The notes below the pieces were generated by a model that ran no database searches, was not told where the DNA came from, and was given only the letters and a program-made list of their open reading frames with translations. Shown here piece after piece: positions 44,156 through 52,933 of a DNA stretch of 58,450 bases (position 1 is the first letter of the stretch; the number at the start of each line of letters is the position of its first letter). Both the position numbers and the translations under genes were made by a program. This stretch comes from Deltaproteobacteria bacterium (GTDB lineage: Bacteria > Desulfobacterota > BSN033 > UBA1163), in the NCBI GenBank assembly GCA_016874935.1, contig VGSS01000002.1, positions 1-58,450 on the forward strand. The letters are read 5' to 3'.

Positions 44156-45460
44156 TTAGGCTCTGGGCTTGAAAAAGACATGCTCGCAGAAAAGGGCAAA
44201 GAAGATGCCTACAACCAGGCCATTGCTCACGAGAGAGGCGATGGCGCTGGGGAAAAAATGGAAAAATGGTTTGGCGATAATCGAAACTGTTGCCCCCATT
44301 AGGAGAGGAAGACCAACCGTAAAATAGTCTCTTCGATCCATCCTGCCCTTTCCGGACATGATTGCGCTTATGCCGGCTATGAGCTGTGAGGCGAAAACAA
44401 CAAAGAGGGTGGAGGCGACGACAGAAGGCGGGATGACTGTCAAAAGGGCCCATAACTTGGGAATAAAGGCACAGACGATCATGATTACCCCGCTCATGGT
44501 GAGCGAGTATCGGCTGGCGACCCGGGTCACCAATACAACCCCGGGACTGATGGAGAAGCTAACCAGGCCGACCACTCCGAGAAAGGCTGCAACAAGTCCT
44601 CCGGCACCGTTCATTCCAATTCCACGATGGATCCGGTCCTCGAGTCCTTCTTTCCCAACGATCTCGGAAATTCCTTGAATGCTTCCAACAGTATTGATCA
44701 TGACCGCCATATAGGTGAAGACCATTGCAATGATGGGTGCCACAGAGAAAGTGGGCCGTCCTCCCCAGATCGGGGAGGGGAGGGCAAACCAGCTTGACTC
44801 TTTGATCACCGTCAATGAAATTTCCCCTTTGATCAAAAAAAGGATTAACCCCAATAGGATTCCAGCCAGCATCGAGGTCGTCTGGAAAAAACCTCGCAAC
44901 CAATAAGAGAAAAGAGAGACGAAAAGGATGATCAGTAAAGAAGATCCGGCGATGCCCAGCTCTCCATTAGGATGGGTTTTATCCATGCCGATCAGCAGGG
45001 GATAGAGGAACGGGAGAAGAGAGAGAACCACCAGCACAAGGATTACCCCTACCACATTGGGGGTAAAAAAAGAGGAAAGTTTTTTAAATAATTTCAGTTT
45101 GCAGACCAACATAAGGAAGAATCCGCCGAAAATCATTCCTCCCCCGATGGCGGGAAAGCCTTCAGGGGCTAACACAATGAAGCTCAGCAGAAGCGCCGAG
45201 GAAGGGCCCTCCAGAATTGGATATTGATGTCCCTTCAAACTCTGAAAAAGAGTCATCAGGCCTGTGACGATGAGAAGGCGCTGAGAAAAACTGATTTGAG
45301 CAGAAGGATCGAGTCCCAAAGCGGTTCCACAGAGGGCCGAAAAGACAGCTACGTTCGGAATTGCAATCATGGCCCATTGAAAACCATAGGCCAGATTTTT
45401 AAAAAAAGGAGGGCGTTGATTAAGCTGAAAATGAAAGGTCTGGTCTTCCATAGTGCCCAC
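44156..45460 (-). CDS. NCS2 (nucleobase:cation symporter-2 / xanthine-uracil permease) family transporter
   Basis: It is a ~13-span hydrophobic protein with NCS2-like blocks (AYGFQW, LPSPIWGGRPTFS..AII, GMNGAGGLVAAFLG). The canonical ESxG motif is divergent. Confidence 0.65.
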   Translation of the reverse strand: MGTMEDQTFHFQLNQRPPFFKNLAYGFQWAMIAIPNVAVFSALCGTALGLDPSAQISFSQRLLIVTGLMTLFQSLKGHQYPILEGPSSALLLSFIVLAPEGFPAIGGGMIFGGFFLMLVCKLKLFKKLSSFFTPNVVGVILVLVVLSLLPFLYPLLIGMDKTHPNGELGIAGSSLLIILFVSLFSYWLRGFFQTTSMLAGILLGLILFLIKGEISLTVIKESSWFALPSPIWGGRPTFSVAPIIAMVFTYMAVMINTVGSIQGISEIVGKEGLEDRIHRGIGMNGAGGLVAAFLGVVGLVSFSISPGVVLVTRVASRYSLTMSGVIMIVCAFIPKLWALLTVIPPSVVASTLFVVFASQLIAGISAIMSGKGRMDRRDYFTVGLPLLMGATVSIIAKPFFHFFPSAIASLVSNGLVVGIFFALFCEHVFFKPRA

Positions 45461-45761
45461 CGAATAAGGATCTTACCGTAAATACCATAGCCCGAGAGGA
45501 TCACTAACCATCCTTAGGAACAAAATCGCAATGATTATTGGCCAAGGTTTTTCAGAGGATGGAGTTGTCCTATGAGTTGGTTTTCTCCCTAACCATTTAT
45601 TCATACCCCCTCTCAAAAGACCGTCCCGGTGACTTCTTGGCTTGGGCAGTTTCCATAGTTGAAAATGAGTTTCGCCATCTTCGCTTTTCTCCGGCCTTCT
45701 TTTAGCTGTTGTCTTTGTTATTCTCTCCTTGGTCTTTTCTGACTTCCCGAAGGTCGTAAAG

Positions 45762-46772
45762 TTAAAAAAGTCCTTGCCAGCGAGGCTTTTTTAAAACTTC
45801 AGGATTTACTATCATTTTATGATCAGGTTTTTTCCCTTGGAGAACATGGACGGTCGTTTTGGCTGCTTCTGTGGCCAATCGCAACACGCATTCTTTTGTG
45901 AGAGCAGCGGTGTGAGGGGTTAAGATCACATGATCCATTGTTTTGAGAGGGTGCTCCTTCTCCAAAGGTTCTTGGGAGAAGACATCGAGTCCCGCTCCTG
46001 CAATCCTCTTCTCCTTTAGACATTGAACAAGGGCTTCCTCATCGAGTACCCCGCCCCTTGAGGTGTTCACCAGAAAGGCATCCGGCTTCATCCAGATGAA
46101 TTCTTTTGCACTGATTATTTTTTGTGTTTTTGGTAAAAGCGGAAGGTGGAGGGAAATGACGTCTGATTCGCGGAAAAGACTTTCCAAATCATAAAATTGA
46201 ACCCAACCTTGAAAGGCCGCTTGAGCTGCGGGGGAAAGATAGGGATCGTGTGCAAGGATGGTCATCTCAAATGCGTGATGGCAAATCCGGGCCAATTCAG
46301 ATCCAATCCTTCCAAATCCAACCACGCCTAAGATTTTTTGGTTGAGGTCACGAGGGATATTCTGAAAACGGATATCAAAGTGGTCCTGCCGAACCTCCCG
46401 ATCCATGAATGGAATCTGTTTCAACAAAGCCAGGATAAGGGCCAGAGTATGTTCCACTACTGTTTTCGTATGAGCATCAGGCACACAGGTAACCAGAATT
46501 TCCAGATCGGTGGCGGCTGCCACATCCACATTGTCCACTCCAGCGCCTGTTCTTGAAATCACCCGAAGGTTATTCCCATGGCTCATTAATTCTCGGGTCA
46601 TTTTTATTCCCGTCCTGAGAATGATCCCCTGTATCCCCTTCATCAGAGAAAAAACGGTCTCTGGTTTGGGATCGGGTGACAGAACAACTTCAAACCCAGC
46701 ACTGGCTATCAGTTCCATTGCCTCTGTCTCAATCGGTTGCGGAAGCAATACACGGAGCGAACTTCTATTCAT
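45762..46772 (-). CDS. D-isomer-specific 2-hydroxyacid dehydrogenase (PGDH-like)
   Basis: Motifs are VVGFGRIGSELA, SLHLPL, VNTSRGGVLDE, GAGLDVF..EP and ILTPHTAA. It overlaps the SDR gene upstream by 4 nt. Confidence 0.85.
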   Translation of the reverse strand: MNRSSLRVLLPQPIETEAMELIASAGFEVVLSPDPKPETVFSLMKGIQGIILRTGIKMTRELMSHGNNLRVISRTGAGVDNVDVAAATDLEILVTCVPDAHTKTVVEHTLALILALLKQIPFMDREVRQDHFDIRFQNIPRDLNQKILGVVGFGRIGSELARICHHAFEMTILAHDPYLSPAAQAAFQGWVQFYDLESLFRESDVISLHLPLLPKTQKIISAKEFIWMKPDAFLVNTSRGGVLDEEALVQCLKEKRIAGAGLDVFSQEPLEKEHPLKTMDHVILTPHTAALTKECVLRLATEAAKTTVHVLQGKKPDHKMIVNPEVLKKPRWQGLF

Positions 46773-47542
46773 CGAAGATACCGCCCCCCACTGACATCGA
46801 TCGTGATTCCTGTTATATAGCTCGATTCCTCCGAAGCAAGAAAGACAACCACCGATGCCACCTCTTCAGGGGTTCCCAGTCGGCCCAGGGGTATATCGGA
46901 GAGCATCTTTTTCTTCTCCTCTTCATTTTTTCTATCCCAAAGCGATTGAACTCTTTCTCCAGTCAGGGTCACTGTGGGGGCCACAGCATTGACTCTTATT
47001 CCATATTTTCCCCAATCATAGGCGAGCTGACGGGTCAATCCTTCGACGCCAGCCTTGGATGCGGTGTATTGTATTCCTGCCAAGGATGCCCTCCAGTGGG
47101 CTGCCAGCGCAGAAATATTGATGATGGATCCCTTTCCCTGTTTCACCATTTCTGGAATCACAGCTTGGCAAAACAAAAAAGTTCCTTTCAGATTAACGTC
47201 AACCACAAGATCCCAGTCCTGCTCTTGAATCGCTTCAAGTAGATAAGGGGTATTGAGAGCTCCCCCCGCATTATTGACCAAGATGTCAATGCTTCCCCAT
47301 AGGGTTTTCATCTCTTTGACCAGATCATTCACTTCACGTTTATTAGTGACATCCACTTTTTTCCCAACAACTCGGCTGTTGCTTCTGTCTAAATTTTGTG
47401 CAGTTTCTGTCACGCCTTTCTCATCAATATCAATGATTGCCACCCTTGCCCCTTCCTGAAACAGTGCCTTTGTAATGGCAAACCCCATCCCCCGGGCTCC
47501 TCCAGTCACAATAGCAATTTTATTTAAAAGACGTTGACACAT
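46769..47542 (-). CDS. Short-chain dehydrogenase/reductase (classical SDR)
   Basis: Motifs are TGGARGMG, NNAG and YTASK. Length is 257 aa. Confidence 0.85.
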   Translation of the reverse strand: MCQRLLNKIAIVTGGARGMGFAITKALFQEGARVAIIDIDEKGVTETAQNLDRSNSRVVGKKVDVTNKREVNDLVKEMKTLWGSIDILVNNAGGALNTPYLLEAIQEQDWDLVVDVNLKGTFLFCQAVIPEMVKQGKGSIINISALAAHWRASLAGIQYTASKAGVEGLTRQLAYDWGKYGIRVNAVAPTVTLTGERVQSLWDRKNEEEKKKMLSDIPLGRLGTPEEVASVVVFLASEESSYITGITIDVSGGRYLR

Positions 47543-47553
47543 ATTATTCTCCT

Positions 47554-48798
47554 TTAGAAAGACGAACGAATGTTTCTGTTTTTCATCATTGATAGAAAGG
47601 CATTGGTCACAGGATCGATGAATTCAGGATCGTTGATGTGAGCATCCAATTCGGTCACAGGAATGGAAGGATTCAGATTCGATTTTAATGAATCGATAAA
47701 AATTTGATTTCCATCAGGTTCCCAATGGGGTAGATGCTCCCTGTCCGGATAAGAGAAGCCTTTAAGGGGGATAAAGACTTGAGTTGGTCCCTTGGCACAA
47801 TTGAGCTTTTGAGCCACCAATTTTCCAACGCTGAAGAGCTCCTCCGGGCTCAGCCGAACCAGAGTCAAATTTGGATTATGGATGATGTATTTTCGAGACC
47901 TTAATTCATTGGAAAGGCTATTCAATGGACCCCAAACAGCATAATTAATACTTCCCGGAACCACCATTTGCGGAATGCCAACCTCTCCTGCGGCTTCTAA
48001 ACGGTTTGGACGAATCGCTCCATGAAGCCCACCTACAAACTCATCTCCAATTTCATGGAGGTTCAAATCCATCACTCCCTGGAAAGCGCCATCCCGGATC
48101 ATATCCTCCATGGCCATTCCTCCGGTTCCATTCTGATGAAAAGTGACGACCTCAAACCCATGTCTTTCGAGAATCTGTTTGCAATATAGAGCTCCTGGCG
48201 TGGTGGTTCCCAGCATAGACATGGCTACCGGAATCCCTTCGGGTTTAATTTGGGTTTTTTTATATCGCGCTATCATCCCGCAAATGGCTCCTGCTGCGTT
48301 GTCCAGGATTTGCTTGGTCAAGAAATTCAACCCTTGCAGGTCTGCAACCGAATGGATCATGGCAATGTCTTTTGTGCCTACATAAGGTCCAAAGGTGGCC
48401 CGGCCTGAAGCCACCGTTGAAACCATGAGTCGTGGGACACCGACAGGCAGGGAACGCATTGCCGAGCAGCCGATGTCTGTTCCCTGAGCTCCTCCCAAAG
48501 CAATGATTCCCTGGAAACGTTCTTGCGCATAAAGTTCTTTACAAACGACTTCTGCCCCGCGCATCATATTGGTGATGCATTCCCCTTTATTTCCAGATGT
48601 AACGAGCGTCTGAAGGGGTATCCCCCCGCGAAGAGAAACATATTGTTGATCAATATCCACTGGAATACGAGGGGGGGCAAGAATTCCTGCATCCATCGTC
48701 ATCACAGAAACCCCACGGACCTCGATTCTCTTTTTCAGGTAGAGGGCCTCTTCTTCTTTGGTGTCAAATGTCGCAATGAGCAGTACAGTCTTTTTCAC
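47554..48798 (-). CDS. UPF0261 / Tm-1-like ATP-binding domain protein (copy 2)
   Basis: It is paralogous to 11357..12631 along its full length (KTVLLIATFDTKEEE, GGAQGT, FHQNGTGGMAMEDMI, IPQMVVPGSI). Confidence 0.75.
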   Translation of the reverse strand: MKKTVLLIATFDTKEEEALYLKKRIEVRGVSVMTMDAGILAPPRIPVDIDQQYVSLRGGIPLQTLVTSGNKGECITNMMRGAEVVCKELYAQERFQGIIALGGAQGTDIGCSAMRSLPVGVPRLMVSTVASGRATFGPYVGTKDIAMIHSVADLQGLNFLTKQILDNAAGAICGMIARYKKTQIKPEGIPVAMSMLGTTTPGALYCKQILERHGFEVVTFHQNGTGGMAMEDMIRDGAFQGVMDLNLHEIGDEFVGGLHGAIRPNRLEAAGEVGIPQMVVPGSINYAVWGPLNSLSNELRSRKYIIHNPNLTLVRLSPEELFSVGKLVAQKLNCAKGPTQVFIPLKGFSYPDREHLPHWEPDGNQIFIDSLKSNLNPSIPVTELDAHINDPEFIDPVTNAFLSMMKNRNIRSSF

Positions 48799-48816
48799 TA
48801 CTCCTTCAACTCCCGG

Positions 48817-49884
48817 CTAAGGCATGATCAGAACCTTGATCGCTCCTCCCTCCCGTTCATTGAAAACCCGGAACCCTTCCGTAATTTCGGAGAGAGAGAA
48901 GCTATGCGTAATCAGGGGACGGGCACGGATTTTCCCCTGCTTCATTAGCGAGATGGCGCGCCTACAATTGGCACGGCCTTCTCCACGGACACTATAAAGA
49001 TGGATATTATTGAGGCCCATGAAACCAAAATCGGCCGGGACAGGCCTGTGCGGGAAACCAATCAGCAAGACCTTTCCCATTCTTTTGCATAAGTGCAGGG
49101 CAAGGTCAGGGCCTTCTTCTGACCCCGATGTTTCTATCACAAGGTCTGCCCCTTTCCCTTTCGTACGGTCCTTGACAAAAGCAATGGGGTCCGTCTCGCG
49201 GACATTGACTAAATGATCCGCCCCGGCTTCCAGCCCGATCTTTAAGCGTTCAGGTCTTGTTCCAAGAAGGAAGACCTGGTCAGCCCCAAGGGCATTGGCA
49301 ACCTGAACTGACATCAGCCCTAAAGGGCCGGGCCCCATCACGACTACAGAATCGCCTGCCACGAGCCCTCCCAATGACTCAAAGCCATAGAGTACACATC
49401 CGGCATTGGTCACCAGAGAAGCCTCCTCTAAAGAGATGTTGTCAGGCACAAGGTAAACCGTATTAATATGATTGACCACATACTCCGCGTAGCCTCCATT
49501 AGTGGTAAATCCATTCGCCCGATGGCCCTTGGATAGGTCCCCATAGTTGAGGCAAGAGGTGTAATCCCCCCTGCGGCAGTTGAGACAACGGCCGCATCCA
49601 TAATGGGCTTCCACTGCCACCCGGTCTCCCAGTCGAAACTCATCCACGGTCTCACCCAGTGCCACCACCACTCCCGAATACTCATGACCTGGAATAAATG
49701 AACCAAAGGGGGGTTGCCCTGGCCAGGGACGGGCCATCAGGCTTACGTCACTGCCGCAAATGGCACAAGAATTGACTTTAATTAAAACATCTGCCGGACC
49801 AGGCTGAGGCGTGATAATCTCTTTAATTTCTAATGTTCCTGGAGCCATTAGTACTGCGGCTTTCATTTTTTCAGGAATATTCAA
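48817..49884 (-). CDS. Zinc-dependent alcohol/polyol dehydrogenase (MDR family, threonine/sorbitol dehydrogenase-like)
   Basis: Motifs are CAICGSD, GHEYSGVV, the structural-Zn CGRCLNCRRGDYTSC and VMGPGPLG. Confidence 0.85.
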   Translation of the reverse strand: MNIPEKMKAAVLMAPGTLEIKEIITPQPGPADVLIKVNSCAICGSDVSLMARPWPGQPPFGSFIPGHEYSGVVVALGETVDEFRLGDRVAVEAHYGCGRCLNCRRGDYTSCLNYGDLSKGHRANGFTTNGGYAEYVVNHINTVYLVPDNISLEEASLVTNAGCVLYGFESLGGLVAGDSVVVMGPGPLGLMSVQVANALGADQVFLLGTRPERLKIGLEAGADHLVNVRETDPIAFVKDRTKGKGADLVIETSGSEEGPDLALHLCKRMGKVLLIGFPHRPVPADFGFMGLNNIHLYSVRGEGRANCRRAISLMKQGKIRARPLITHSFSLSEITEGFRVFNEREGGAIKVLIMP

Positions 49885-50003
49885 TAGTTTTCCTCCTCCA
49901 ATAAAAATCTATTGTGAACGACAGAAACAGATTCCCGTGCTGATCATGTATCCTTGCCAATTTTGCCCTGCAGGATGGAACAACCACATTGGAAGGAATC
50001 GCT

Positions 50004-50861
50004 TCAAGCCCGACCGTTAAACTCCCTATTTGTCGCTTGAACAGGGAATTTCTTGACTTCTTCTAAAAATTCAGCCAGATGATGGGCGCTGTGTTCAAAA
50101 TACTTGAATCCCTTCTCTTTGGTTCCACGAAAAGGATTGCCAATCGTGGATGTGTCGGAATACTCCTGATGTTCCATGGGAACCCACGCCTGTTCTGTCC
50201 CCATAAATTCCACCATTCCAGAACCATCTCGTTTTGAAAAGGAGGGCCCCATCCATTCGGGGGCGTGAGTTCGATCCTGGACAGCCTGTGACATATCAAC
50301 ACAAGTCTCATCGTAAGCCAAACATGTAGATGTTTCAATTTCCCCAGAATGCCACCCAGGCGTCTCTTCTGGAGGTCCTTCGATGATTCCTTGAAGCGCA
50401 TTATACTCTCTCTCCGTGGGGGTCTTATACCAACAAGTGAAAGCTCCGGTCTCGTAGCGAATACGTCGGAGAACCTCATCAACCACTTTCGAATTAGAGC
50501 CGTGATGGGTGACATAGACCACCTTGTTGAATCCGTGATAAATAAGGGATTTGCCGATATCATACACCACGCGTCGGTAGGTATCCCCGGAAAGGGTGAT
50601 TGTTCCTGTCCCCGCCCCCATTTGATGCATATGGTGAGGAGAATAACCGTATGGAATGATTGGAGTGTAGATCACGGAGGCCTTTCCCGAAGCCCGTTTT
50701 ACCACCTCCCATGTTGTTAAGGCATCACAGCCCAAGGGAATGTGGGCCCCATGTCGTTCCAAACTTCCCATGGCTACCATTACCACATCGCACTCTTTTA
50801 GGTATTCCGCTACGTCCACATAAGTCATATCATGAAGATAGAATGTTTTTTGTTTTGTCAT
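50004..50861 (-). CDS. Creatininase-family hydrolase, copy 2
   Basis: Motifs are MGSLERHGAHIPLGCD, GYSPHHM, YVTHHGSN and HSGEIETS. By eye it is ~50% identical to 33218..34066. Confidence 0.8.
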   Translation of the reverse strand: MTKQKTFYLHDMTYVDVAEYLKECDVVMVAMGSLERHGAHIPLGCDALTTWEVVKRASGKASVIYTPIIPYGYSPHHMHQMGAGTGTITLSGDTYRRVVYDIGKSLIYHGFNKVVYVTHHGSNSKVVDEVLRRIRYETGAFTCWYKTPTEREYNALQGIIEGPPEETPGWHSGEIETSTCLAYDETCVDMSQAVQDRTHAPEWMGPSFSKRDGSGMVEFMGTEQAWVPMEHQEYSDTSTIGNPFRGTKEKGFKYFEHSAHHLAEFLEEVKKFPVQATNREFNGRA

Positions 50862-51013
50862 TGTTAATCTCCTTTCTTTTTTCTGGTCAAACTCCTAACC
50901 TGGCAAACAAGAATCAAACAGGGAATGTCAAAATTCAAAAAGTTGATATTTTTAAAACGCTCTGGAATGCCCATAAATGGGGGCTCAAATGATGATGCTA
51001 AAAATACTATGAC

Positions 51014-51167
51014 CTAAATTGAGCGATTTTTAATTTCCATTGTAGGCGCAACCTTTAGGTTGCGGGTTTTTCTTGGAGTTCGTGTTTCACCCAATGGGTG
51101 ATTCCAAAACGCTCCGTCTCACACGGAGCGGCTACAGGTCGATGTTAAAAGAATCGCTCAATTTAGG
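51014..51167 (-). mobile_element. MITE copy 2 (154 bp), inverted relative to copy 1, with its own 6-bp target-site duplication
   Basis: The TIRs are CTAAATTGAGCGATT... and ...AATCGCTCAATTTAGG. It is flanked by TATGAC (51008..51013 and 51168..51173). Blocks of ~21, ~33 and 18 nt are identical to the reverse complement of copy 1. Confidence 0.85.
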
Positions 51168-51195
51168 TATGACATTTACGCGCACAATATTATTG

Positions 51196-52089
51196 TTAAG
51201 AATCTAAAAATCCCGAAGCGACGAGATCTTCCTGCAGTTTCTTTTTCTCCTCCGCGGTCAGCGGCAAAAGTGGAGCCCGGGGAGGACCTCCGTAAAAGCC
51301 TTTAAGGTCCATAGCTGCCTTTACCCCTGCCACACCCAATTTCCCGGAGACCTTTTGATTAAGTTCCATGAGCTTGAACTGAAGCTCCCGCCCTTCTTCC
51401 AATTGACCGGTCACTCCCAAATCATAAAGTTTGCAACAGGGTTCTGGAAAGGCATTGGCAAGCGAGAGAACACCGCCCACGGCCCCCATCAGTAAACCGG
51501 TAAAAAAGAAATTAGCCGATCCAGCTAATAGATTAAATCCTGATCGGGCATGAAGGATATAGGCACTTAAGTTTCCAGGAGAACTGTCCTTCATCCCTAC
51601 AATCTTTGGATGGGAAGAAACTTCTTTAACCACAGCGGTTGACATAGTAATGCCAGTCACAAAGGGATTATTGTAGAGAAGGACGTGAATGGGTGATTTT
51701 TCAGCCACTTGGGTAAAGTGATGGATTAATGCCTTGTCTGACATCTGCTTCGCAAAAAAGAAGGGAGTAATCAAGCTCCCGAAATGGGCACCCTTCTCTG
51801 CTGCCTGCTGACAGAGTTCTATCGATATATGAGTGGATTCCGCACCCACCCCAGCCATAATGACCTTATCGGGCGAGGCCGATTTAACAACAGTTTCAAT
51901 CACCTTCATCTGCTCAGAAGCTGAGAGACTGCGAAATTCCCCGTTTGTCCCCAAGACCAAGTATCCCCGGAGTCTACTTTGATTGAGTCTTTTTATGTTG
52001 GAAGAAAGTTCTTCGAAAAGAAGATCGCCATTGTCATTAAAAGGGGTTGTTACGGGAGCAAATACTCCGGAAAGCCTTTCTTGATGCAT
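51196..52089 (-). CDS. Dihydrodipicolinate synthase/N-acetylneuraminate lyase family class I aldolase
   Basis: Motifs are GVFAPVTTPF, GTNGEF, YNNP and GMKDSS (Schiff-base Lys). It lies far from the dap cluster, so it is more likely a 2-keto-3-deoxy-acid aldolase than DapA. Confidence 0.8.
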   Translation of the reverse strand: MHQERLSGVFAPVTTPFNDNGDLLFEELSSNIKRLNQSRLRGYLVLGTNGEFRSLSASEQMKVIETVVKSASPDKVIMAGVGAESTHISIELCQQAAEKGAHFGSLITPFFFAKQMSDKALIHHFTQVAEKSPIHVLLYNNPFVTGITMSTAVVKEVSSHPKIVGMKDSSPGNLSAYILHARSGFNLLAGSANFFFTGLLMGAVGGVLSLANAFPEPCCKLYDLGVTGQLEEGRELQFKLMELNQKVSGKLGVAGVKAAMDLKGFYGGPPRAPLLPLTAEEKKKLQEDLVASGFLDS

Positions 52090-52490
52090 GGTTTAATTTC
52101 CTCCCATAAATATCACGCCTGCCGCGGGCCGGTTTAAAAACTAAAGCCATATGAATGATTGTCTATTTTACAATCAATTTAATTCAAACCCTTTTACCTT
52201 GTCAATGGGTAGAAAGCCATCCCACCTTCGCTTTTCAATGGGTAAATCGGGATCGACAAAGCGTATTTGTGAGGGAAAGAGTTTCGGATCAAAAAAGAAA
52301 GTGTTTTAGGAGAGTCAGGTCCTTCAATAGCCGGTTTTTGATCTAACGGTGGCACAGGTTAAGGGCATCAATTTTATAATTGGTTGTATTTCTCTTCTTT
52401 TTAACCAAACCACTTCTTTCATTAAATTATTTTTTTCTTTTGATTCCTTTGAACAAAATCAAAGGGAATTACGCTCTTTGGAAGGGAGAT

Positions 52491-52928
52491 TCAGCGGATC
52501 TTAAGAAGGGATAATCCCGTTCTCCCATCGATTTCACGATTGGCCTCCACATCCAGAATTTCGAAGATAAAGATCTCTTCTACAAGGAATGCCTTTGATT
52601 TTTCCCTGAGACATCCCAGAAGGACCTCATTCCCTCTTGCGACAGCGGCGTGAAGATGGATTTTGGGTTTACCCGCTGCCTGGAAAATGTTTCCGATGCC
52701 CAATATTTCATGATTCTTTCTGATACGTTGCCAAAGGGGGATCACAGGTGGCCTGTCTGTTTTAGCCCCACTGACTAGGCTACCCTCTTTGAGGCTGCCG
52801 ATGACAAAGAAAATTCCGCTCTCGATATTTTCTTTCGAAGCGAGGGACACGATTGATTCCAAAACATCTTCATCCTCCATCAATCGGAGCACGATGACCC
52901 TGCCAGTATGGCCAATACTATATTCCAT
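52491..52928 (-). CDS. PPC (DUF296) domain protein
   Basis: It is ~145 aa and resembles the PPC/DUF296 fold (GRVIVLRL..ED.L..I......I.SG...IGSL......HLHA.V). Start is ATG 52928, 5 nt after the upstream stop. Confidence 0.6.
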   Translation of the reverse strand: MEYSIGHTGRVIVLRLMEDEDVLESIVSLASKENIESGIFFVIGSLKEGSLVSGAKTDRPPVIPLWQRIRKNHEILGIGNIFQAAGKPKIHLHAAVARGNEVLLGCLREKSKAFLVEEIFIFEILDVEANREIDGRTGLSLLKIR

Positions 52929-52933
52929 GTCCG

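Noticed and set aside
43797-44453. Long antisense or overlapping ORFs lie inside well-supported genes, for example 43797..44453, 35484..36035, 31385..31924, 32198..32860 and 46676..47242.
   Set aside because: Each overlaps, on the opposite strand or in another frame, a gene with clear family motifs, and each has biased Arg/Pro/Ser-rich composition. They are treated as non-coding shadows.
42558-51167. The two inverted MITE copies could bound an 8.6-kb composite transposon carrying the amidohydrolase_2, NCS2 permease, dehydrogenase, UPF0261 and creatininase genes.
   Set aside because: Each copy has its own matching 6-bp duplication on both of its sides (CTGTCA/CTGTCA and TATGAC/TATGAC). This indicates two independent single-element insertions. 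A composite element would instead show one shared duplication on the outer flanks only.
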